Part shown: one piece after another, positions 57,007 through 64,000 of the stretch | How positions within the stretch are numbered: position 1 is the first letter of the stretch | Layout of the letters: every line of letters begins with the position of its first letter | NCBI GenBank assembly: GCA_035644295.1 | Contig: DASQOU010000328.1 | Span: forward strand, 5,300-69,299 | Source of the DNA: Bradyrhizobium sp. | GTDB lineage: Bacteria > Pseudomonadota > Alphaproteobacteria > Rhizobiales > Xanthobacteraceae | Length of the DNA: 64,000 nt | Direction: 5' to 3' | Notes under the pieces: generated by a model | The model's input: the letters and a program-made list of their open reading frames with translations, nothing else | What the model was told of the DNA's origin: nothing | Database searches by the model: none | Made by a program: the position numbers and the translations under genes

Positions 57007-60000
57007 TGGCAGCATCAGGCGTTCCAGAAAACCTTAAAGCTCGGCCCGGATCCTTGTCTGTCGTGCGACGGGCCACATCCGGTGGAGAAACCGCATTCGA
57101 GACCTTCGTCAATATCTCGGCCGATGGTTCGGTCACGGCCTTCAACGGCCATGTCGATCTCGGCACGGGCGTCCAGACGGCACTCGGACAGATCGTCGCC
57201 GAAGAACTCGACGTGTCCTTTGCCCGCGTCGTCGTCGTGCTCGGCGATACCTCGCGCGTTCCCAATCAGGGCGCGACCATCGCCAGCGAGACGATTCAGA
57301 TATCGGCCGTGCCGCTTCGCAACGCCGCCGCCCAGGCACGGCAATTCCTGCTCGCGCGCGCGACGGAAAAGCTTGAGCTTGCCGTCGCAGACCTCACCGT
57401 CGAAGACGGCCTGATCCGTGGACATAACCGCAGCGTCAGCTATGGCGAACTGATTGGCGACGAGAGCATCCGCCTTGAGCTGGCCAACGAAGTGCAGGTC
57501 AAAGCCACGGAGGCCTACGGCATCGTCGGGCAGTCGGTGCCGCGCACAGACCTTCCAGCCAAGGCCACCGGCGAGCTTGTATATGTTCACGACATGCGCC
57601 TGCACGGCATGCTTCATGGCCGAGTCGTGCGTCCGCCCTATGCCGGCGTCGACGCCGGCGCGTTTGTCGGCACCAGCCTGATTGCGGTCGATGAATCCTC
57701 CGTCCACGATATTCCGGGGCTCGTCGCCGTCGTCACGATCGGTGATTTTGTCGGCGTCATCGCCGAGCGCGAGGAAAACGCGATCAAGGCGGCCGCGCAA
57801 CTCAAGCTGACCTGGAAGCCGGTGCCGACGCTTCCCGATCTAGGGGACGTCGAGACGGCGCTGCGCGCCAATCCTTCGACACCGCGGACCCTGATCGACA
57901 AGGGCGACGTCGAGGCGGCGCTGGCCGGTGCGGCAAAGCCGATGCAGCGGACTTATGTCTGGCCGTATCAGATGCACGCCTCGATCGGCCCGTCCTGCGC
58001 GGTCGCGGATTTTAACGACGGTCAGGTCCGGGTGTGGTCCGGCACGCAAAATCCGCACGTCCTGCGCGCCGATCTCGCGTTGCTCTTGCGGCGACCTGAA
58101 GCCGACATCGACGTGATCCGGCTGGAGGCGGCCGGTTGCTACGGCCGTAACTGCGCCGACGATGTCACCGCCGATGCGGTTCTTCTGTCGCGCGCGGTTG
58201 GCCGTCCGGTCCGTGTGCAATTGACCCGGGAACAGGAGCATGTCTGGGAGCCAAAGGGCACCGCGCAACTGATGGACGTCAAGGGCGGGCTCAACGCCGA
58301 TGGCAGCGCTGCGGCTTACGATTTCGCAACCCGCTATCCCTCCAACAGCGCGCCTACTTTGGCGCTGCTATTGATGGGCACTATTGGGCCGACCCCCGTC
58401 GTGTCCGAGATGGGCGACCGCACCGCGATCCCGCCTTACGACTATGACCATTTGCGCGTGGTCGCGCACGACATGCCGCCGATCGTGCGGGCATCCTGGC
58501 TTCGCGGCGTGTCGGCGCTGCCGAACACTTTCGCCCACGAATCCTACATCGACGAACTCGCGACCGAAGCCGGCGTCGATCCGATCGAATATCGCTTGCG
58601 CTATCTCAAAGACCAGCGCGCCGTCGACCTTGTGAACGCGGTGGCGGAGCGCGCCGGTTGGAAGCCGCGTCCGGTCCGGCAGGAGCCGGTCGCCGAAGGA
58701 GACATCGTGCGCGGCCGCGGCTTTGCCTATGCGCTGTATGTCCACAGCAAATTTCCGGGCTATGGCGCAGCGTGGTCGGCCTGGATCGCCGACGTCGCCG
58801 TGAATAAGGCGACCGGTGACGTCAGCGTGACGCGCGTGGTCGCCGGACAGGATTCCGGGTTGATGATCAATCCGGACGGCGTTCGCCACCAGATCCAGGG
58901 CAACGTCATCCAGTCGACCAGCCGCGCGCTGATGGAAGAGGTGTCGTTCGACCGCGGCTCGGTAGCGAGCCGCGAATGGGGCGCCTACCCCATCATCAAA
59001 TTTCCGGACATTCCAAAGATCGATGTCTTGATGCTGCCGCGGCAGGATCAGCCGCCGCTCGGCGTCGGCGAATCTGCTTCCGTCCCAAGTGCGGCCGCGA
59101 TTGCCAATGCCATCTTCGACGCGACCGGCGTGCGTTTCCGCGAGTTGCCACTTACGCCGGAGCGCATCCTTGCGGGATTGCGGGGCGAGCAGCCTTCCGT
59201 CCGGGGCGTGTTACCCGCAACGCCGTCCCATCCGCCGGCCTCAGCCGACAGATGGCGAAATCCGTTTGTCGAACGCCGCGGTGGCCTTGCGACCATCGCC
59301 GCGCTCGTCGCCGCTGGCATCGGCATCGCCTCAGCCACGCTGCCGTGGCGATCGATCGCTCCGATCGCGCGGCCGGATGCGTCGGTGTTTTCAGGAGCCA
59401 CCATCGAGCGCGGCCGGCAATTGGCGGCGCTTGGCAATTGTGCGGTCTGCCACACGGTGACCGACGGCATCGTCAATGCCGGTGGCCGGGCGATCGAGAC
59501 GCCGTTCGGCATCATCTACGGCACCAACATCACGCCCGATTTCGAGACCGGGATCGGCGCGTGGTCCTATCCCGCCTTCGAGCGCGCGATGCGCGAAGGC
59601 ATCCATCGCGACGGCCGGCGGCTCTATCCGGCGTTTCCCTATACGCATTTCGCCAAAACGACCGATGCCGATCTGCAGGCGCTCTACGCTTATCTGATGG
59701 CGCAAGAGCCCGTCCGCACCCAAAACCGCGAACCGGCCCTCGTCTTTCCATTCAATTGGCGTCCGCTGATGGCGGGATGGAATGCAATGTTCCACCGCCC
59801 TGAAGTGTTCGCGCCCGATGCGGCCAAATCGGCCATCTGGAATCGTGGCGCCTATCTCGTGGAAGGCCTCGGCCATTGCGGCGCCTGCCATTCGCCGCGC
59901 AATGCGTTTGGCGCGGAGAAGGCCAACGCCTATCTGGCGGGCGGCTTTGCGGAGGGCTGGGAAGCCCCGCCGCTGACGTCATTGTCGCACGCGCCGATTC

Positions 60001-60566
60001 CCTGGACCGAGGATGAACTGTTCGCCTATTTGCGGTCAGGGGAATCCAAATTCCATGGTGTCGCCGCGGGCCCGATGGCGCCGGTGGTGAAAGATCTCGC
60101 TGCCCTACCCGACCAGGATATTCGCGCCATGGCGGTCTATCTCAGCTCCTTCAACGAAGCCGCGCTCAGCAAGCCCGACCTGGAGGCGCGGGCCACCAGG
60201 CTTGAAAGCCTGACCCTGACAAGAGCCGCTTCCGCCTCCCCTGTTGGCGCGCGGCTCTATGAGGGCGCCTGCGCCGTCTGCCATCAGGTCGGCGGCCCGC
60301 CTTTGCTCGGCAGCCGGCCATCGTTGGCGCTGAACAGCAATTTGCACGCCACCGTGCCGGACAATTTGATCCAGGTGATCCTGCACGGCATCGCCTCGCC
60401 GGTGTCGAGCGATCTCGGCTATATGCCTGCCTTCAAGGACAGCATGACCGACGGTCAGCTCGCCGAGCTTGTCTCTTACCTCCGCCAGCAATTCGCCCCC
60501 GAAAAACCCGCATGGACCGGCGTCCAGGCGGCGATTAACCGTATCCGGCAAGGGATATTGCGCTGA
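57006..60566 (+). CDS. nicB: Nicotinate dehydrogenase Moco subunit with a triheme cytochrome c domain
   Basis: GHVDLGTG, GCYGRN, SWLRGVSALPN, GVGES; CAVCH, CGACH, CAVCH. Confidence 0.9.
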   Translation: MAASGVPENLKARPGSLSVVRRATSGGETAFETFVNISADGSVTAFNGHVDLGTGVQTALGQIVAEELDVSFARVVVVLGDTSRVPNQGATIASETIQISAVPLRNAAAQARQFLLARATEKLELAVADLTVEDGLIRGHNRSVSYGELIGDESIRLELANEVQVKATEAYGIVGQSVPRTDLPAKATGELVYVHDMRLHGMLHGRVVRPPYAGVDAGAFVGTSLIAVDESSVHDIPGLVAVVTIGDFVGVIAEREENAIKAAAQLKLTWKPVPTLPDLGDVETALRANPSTPRTLIDKGDVEAALAGAAKPMQRTYVWPYQMHASIGPSCAVADFNDGQVRVWSGTQNPHVLRADLALLLRRPEADIDVIRLEAAGCYGRNCADDVTADAVLLSRAVGRPVRVQLTREQEHVWEPKGTAQLMDVKGGLNADGSAAAYDFATRYPSNSAPTLALLLMGTIGPTPVVSEMGDRTAIPPYDYDHLRVVAHDMPPIVRASWLRGVSALPNTFAHESYIDELATEAGVDPIEYRLRYLKDQRAVDLVNAVAERAGWKPRPVRQEPVAEGDIVRGRGFAYALYVHSKFPGYGAAWSAWIADVAVNKATGDVSVTRVVAGQDSGLMINPDGVRHQIQGNVIQSTSRALMEEVSFDRGSVASREWGAYPIIKFPDIPKIDVLMLPRQDQPPLGVGESASVPSAAAIANAIFDATGVRFRELPLTPERILAGLRGEQPSVRGVLPATPSHPPASADRWRNPFVERRGGLATIAALVAAGIGIASATLPWRSIAPIARPDASVFSGATIERGRQLAALGNCAVCHTVTDGIVNAGGRAIETPFGIIYGTNITPDFETGIGAWSYPAFERAMREGIHRDGRRLYPAFPYTHFAKTTDADLQALYAYLMAQEPVRTQNREPALVFPFNWRPLMAGWNAMFHRPEVFAPDAAKSAIWNRGAYLVEGLGHCGACHSPRNAFGAEKANAYLAGGFAEGWEAPPLTSLSHAPIPWTEDELFAYLRSGESKFHGVAAGPMAPVVKDLAALPDQDIRAMAVYLSSFNEAALSKPDLEARATRLESLTLTRAASASPVGARLYEGACAVCHQVGGPPLLGSRPSLALNSNLHATVPDNLIQVILHGIASPVSSDLGYMPAFKDSMTDGQLAELVSYLRQQFAPEKPAWTGVQAAINRIRQGILR

Positions 60567-60628
60567 TCAGCTATGCCGGGGGCCGAAACCCACTGGTTGG
60601 GTGGCCTCGGGCGAGATAGAATTCCCAT

Positions 60629-61933
60629 ATGGCAGTCACAGATATCGCAAGCAGAACCTATAATCACGGCTGGCGGCTCGATCCGATCGTGCGCAGCCTG
60701 CTCGACACCGATTTTTACAAGCTGCTGATGCTGCAGATGATCCGGGAATTTTATCCGGACCAGCGCGTGACGTTTTCGGTCATCAACCGGAGCAAGCACG
60801 TTCGCCTCGCCGAAGTGATCGACGAAAGCGAGCTTCGCGCCCAACTCGATCATGCCCGCTCGATCCGCTTTTCCAAAAAAGAATTGATTTGGCTCGCCGG
60901 TAACACGTTCTACGGCAAGACCCAGATGTTTTCGCCTGACTTCATCAACTGGCTCTCGACCTTCCGCCTTCCCGAATATGAGCTCAAAAAGGTCGACGGC
61001 CAGTATGAACTGAATTTCTACGGTCCGTGGACCCACACCACGATGTGGGAGATTCCGGCGCTAGCCATTCTCAATGAATTGCGCTCGCGCGCGGTGACGA
61101 AGGGGCAAGGCCGATTTGCCCTCGACGTCCTCTATGCCCGCGGCAAGGCCAAGCTGTGGGCCAAGGTCGAGCGGCTGCGGAAACTGGAGGGCTTGCGTCT
61201 TTCCGATTTCGGGACGCGCCGCCGTCATGGCTTCCTGTGGCAGCGCTGGTGCGTCGAGGCGGTCAAGGAAGGACTGGGGCCGTCCTTCACCGGCACCTCG
61301 AATGTGCTGCTGGCGATGGACAACGACCTGGAAGCGATCGGCACCAATGCCCATGAGTTGCCGATGGTGGCAGCGGCGCTGGCAAATGACGATACCGAAC
61401 TGCGCTGGGCGCCCTACCGGATCCTCGATCAGTGGCGCCACACCTATGCGGGCAATCTTTTGATCGCCCTTCCCGATGCGTTCGGCACCAAATCATTCCT
61501 GCGGGACGCACCGGAATGGGTCGCGGACTGGACCGGCTTTCGGCCCGACAGCGCGCCGCCGATAGCGGCGGGCGAGGAAATCATCAAATGGTGGAAGCAA
61601 AAGGGCCGCGATCCCCGGGAGAAGCTCTTGGTGTTTTCCGACGGCATGGATGTCGGATCGATCGAGGAGACCTACCGCCATTTCGCCGGCCGTGTCCGCA
61701 TCAGTTTCGGCTGGGGCACCAACCTGACCAATGATTTCGTGGGATGCGCGCCGGACGGTTCGGTCGATCTCGACCCGATCTCGATCGTCTGCAAGGTGAC
61801 GTCGGTCGATGGCCGGCCTGCGGTAAAACTCTCGGACAACCCGGAAAAAGCGACCGGCAGCCCGCCCGAGCTTGACCGCTATCTTCGCGTCTTCGGCGAT
61901 GCCGGCCGCGTTCGCAGCGCGGTGCATGTGTGA
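60629..61933 (+). CDS. pncB: Nicotinate phosphoribosyltransferase
   Basis: [35 protein letters not shown]. Confidence 0.96.
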   Translation: MAVTDIASRTYNHGWRLDPIVRSLLDTDFYKLLMLQMIREFYPDQRVTFSVINRSKHVRLAEVIDESELRAQLDHARSIRFSKKELIWLAGNTFYGKTQMFSPDFINWLSTFRLPEYELKKVDGQYELNFYGPWTHTTMWEIPALAILNELRSRAVTKGQGRFALDVLYARGKAKLWAKVERLRKLEGLRLSDFGTRRRHGFLWQRWCVEAVKEGLGPSFTGTSNVLLAMDNDLEAIGTNAHELPMVAAALANDDTELRWAPYRILDQWRHTYAGNLLIALPDAFGTKSFLRDAPEWVADWTGFRPDSAPPIAAGEEIIKWWKQKGRDPREKLLVFSDGMDVGSIEETYRHFAGRVRISFGWGTNLTNDFVGCAPDGSVDLDPISIVCKVTSVDGRPAVKLSDNPEKATGSPPELDRYLRVFGDAGRVRSAVHV

Positions 61934-62222
61934 AGCGCCGATGCCGGTCTGAACCCACGAAGTGGAATCTGTCGGGAGGTTCTGGTTGGACACTTGGGTC
62001 ACGTCCGAACCAAGACCCGGCAAAACCGGAATACTGGCCTTTGCGAGATTACCGCTAGCCGGACATGTCATGGACATGTCAAAATCGAAGCGAATGACCC
62101 GCAACGGACATCTTCACATCACTGCTGGATGAGAACCGGGACTCGGGGTAAATGAGTCAGAGAGCTGTTGATGGACCCCATAGCCCCAGTGGACGAATGG
62201 ACCGTTTGAGAAAGGATGGGGA

Positions 62223-62915
62223 ATGTCACGATCTGAACGGTTGCTCGATCTGATCCAGATGCTGCGGCGACATCGCCGTCCGGTGAGCGGGAGTCAACTT
62301 GCCGCAGAATACGCCGTTTCGCTCCGCACCATCTATCGCGACATCCAGACTTTAGTCGCCCAAGGTGCGCCGATCGAAGGCGAAGCCGGAATCGGTTATA
62401 TACTCCAGCCTGGATTTACCGTGCCGCCACTGATGTTCTCCAGCGATGAAATCGAGGCACTCCTGCTTGGCTCGGGCATGGTGGCGCGTGCAGCCGACCC
62501 GGCGCTTGCGAAGGCTGCGCAGAATGCATTGGCAAAGATTACGGCCGTGTTGCCGGCAAACCGTGGCAATGAGATCGAGGTGTCAGGACTGCTCGTAGGC
62601 CCGATAAAACCGGCCGTGGTCGATCGCGTCAACCTGGCACCCCTTCGAAGTGCCATCCGAGCCGAGCAAAAGATCTGGATCGCCTACCACGACCAGGACG
62701 GCGTCGCCACTGAGCGGCGGATATGGCCAATTACAATCACGTACTGCGCCCGCGTCCGATTACTTGCCGCGTGGTGTGAACTTCGCGAAAGCTATCGTCA
62801 TTTCCGGACCGACCGGATCGCGGAACTCAGCGAGGTCAGGGAACGATATCCACGACGACGCCGAACCTTGATCAAGGAATGGCGCGAACTGGAGGGTTTG
62901 CCTCAGCCTGGTTGA
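62223..62915 (+). CDS. YafY-family HTH-WYL transcriptional regulator
   Basis: VSLRTIYRDI, GEAG.GY, AWCELR..YRHFRTDRI. Confidence 0.93.
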   Translation: MSRSERLLDLIQMLRRHRRPVSGSQLAAEYAVSLRTIYRDIQTLVAQGAPIEGEAGIGYILQPGFTVPPLMFSSDEIEALLLGSGMVARAADPALAKAAQNALAKITAVLPANRGNEIEVSGLLVGPIKPAVVDRVNLAPLRSAIRAEQKIWIAYHDQDGVATERRIWPITITYCARVRLLAAWCELRESYRHFRTDRIAELSEVRERYPRRRRTLIKEWRELEGLPQPG

Positions 62916-62924
62916 TGTCGCTAC

Positions 62925-62939
62925 TGACGAAATCTGTCA
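62925..62939. promoter_or_regulatory. Candidate YafY-type operator
   Basis: TGACgaaatctGTCA between the WYL gene and the SnoaL gene. Confidence 0.5.
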
Positions 62940-63000
62940 CGTGAATATCGCAAGCTCAAGCTTGTCACGCGGCCATTCCGGTCGCTCTCAGGAGCCCGAA

Positions 63001-63420
63001 ATGCCGGCAAATCAAGCTATTGGACGACTCACGTTTGAGGACGCTGAAGTCGTGCTTGAGCGCGCTCAACGGCTGCTAAACGCTGGCGACGTTTCGGAAG
63101 TCATGAAAACCTTCACTTCTGATATCGTGGTCCGATTTGCCGACTTTCCCGAAACCTACGGCAGACCGTCGCTCGAAGCATTTCTGCGAGCACGGTTCGC
63201 GCGGCAAAAGAATTACCGATTGCAGAAACAGCTACGCGCCGTGTCGGGCAACGTCATCGTTTGTTATTGGGACGCCGAATGGGAGGACGGGAACGATGGA
63301 CGCCAAATGGAAGGTCGCGGGATCGAACTCCTGACCATGCGAGGCAACGAGATCGCCAAATGGGAGGCGACTTTCAACGTCTGGAGCAAGGGTGATGGGC
63401 CATCCCTGCCGATCGTTTAA
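63001..63420 (+). CDS. SnoaL-like / NTF2-fold protein
   Basis: AGGAG RBS; FTSD.VVRF, GRG.ELLTMRG.EIAKWE. Confidence 0.8.
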   Translation: MPANQAIGRLTFEDAEVVLERAQRLLNAGDVSEVMKTFTSDIVVRFADFPETYGRPSLEAFLRARFARQKNYRLQKQLRAVSGNVIVCYWDAEWEDGNDGRQMEGRGIELLTMRGNEIAKWEATFNVWSKGDGPSLPIV

Positions 63421-63493
63421 TCTTACTCGCAGTTGGGTGCTGGGAGACTGAGGGCTAGCCTTCATCCGCTTCGCAGCCAGTTGCCATGAACCC

Positions 63494-63635
63494 GCGCTCG
63501 ATGAGGTGATCAAATAATTGGGCATGTCCGTTTTTGGCACTTTTCGGACCTCGCTGGATGTCCGACCTGAGTCCGGAATGCGCACCAAAACGGACGTCCG
63601 CCGACCACTCTGAATTTTCTGGGCTCACGTCCTGA
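63494..63635. repeat. MITE-like intergenic repeat element
   Basis: ATGTCCGTTTTTGG...CCAAAACGGACGT inverted repeat (63524-63597) with internal CGGAC..GTCCG hairpins. Confidence 0.65.
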
Positions 63636-63664
63636 TTTCATCGTGCTCCAGCAAGCCGACCGCC

Positions 63665-64000
63665 CTACGGCGCCGACCCCTGCCGCACCGACGGCTTGCG
63701 CTCGATCGGATGGATCTCGACGGCCCGCAGCCGGCCCATCCGCAGCACATCCATTTCGACGGTGCGGTCGATCCGGTCGCGATCGAGCGCTCTGATCAGA
63801 TCGTCAACGCCGTTGATGGCGACGCCGTCGAGCTTGATCACGACATCGCCGGCCAATAATCCGGCCCGCGCCGCCGGTCCGTCCGGCTCGATTTGCGCCA
63901 GAAGTGCGCCCATCTTGTTTTCGACACCGGCGACCACCGCGTGCCTTCGCGGGACAGGCGCGGTCTGGCCCGACACACCAATATAGGCGCGCCTGACATA
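63665..64000 (-). CDS. 3' end (PDZ domain) of an S1C/HtrA-like serine protease; start lies outside the window
   Basis: RRAYIGVSGQT, GPAARAGL..GDVV.KLDG. Confidence 0.85.
   Translation of the reverse strand, partial: YVRRAYIGVSGQTAPVPRRHAVVAGVENKMGALLAQIEPDGPAARAGLLAGDVVIKLDGVAINGVDDLIRALDRDRIDRTVEMDVLRMGRLRAVEIHPIERKPSVRQGSAP

Overview
GC-rich alphaproteobacterial DNA; gene content and intergenic palindromic repeats point to Bradyrhizobium or a close relative (inference). (i) 1-1.1 kb: a 5'-truncated amidohydrolase, a small secreted protein and nested REP-like repeats. (ii) 1.1-7.8 kb: an orphan ECF sigma factor, a His/Asp 13-aa repeat protein, a 29-aa amphipathic repeat protein and a type I secretion ABC/MFP pair, bracketed by a 46-bp direct repeat. 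(iii) 7.9-33.6 kb: a nitrogen-scavenging region with three clear sigma54 promoters, three ABC importers, an NCS1 permease, a non-canonical deaminase, DUF1989, RidA, a nitroreductase, an amidohydrolase, a Mo-hydroxylase and a Tat amidase. Its nitroreductase operon has a ykkC/guanidine-I-like riboswitch with altered 3' ligand-pocket nucleotides in its leader, which is the top finding. (iv) 34-37 kb: GMC oxidoreductase plus Tat small subunit, and fpr. (v) 37-62 kb: a nicotinate cluster (ena, MarR/NicR-like, ABC importer, DUF1185, UPF0280, hnr, nicAB, pncB) sharing a GTATAC-centred palindrome, split by minCDE and a decayed chromate-resistance/RND block. (vi) 62-64 kb: WYL regulator, SnoaL-like protein, a repeat element and the 3' end of an HtrA-like protease. 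No rRNA, tRNA, CRISPR array, transposase or integrase was seen.
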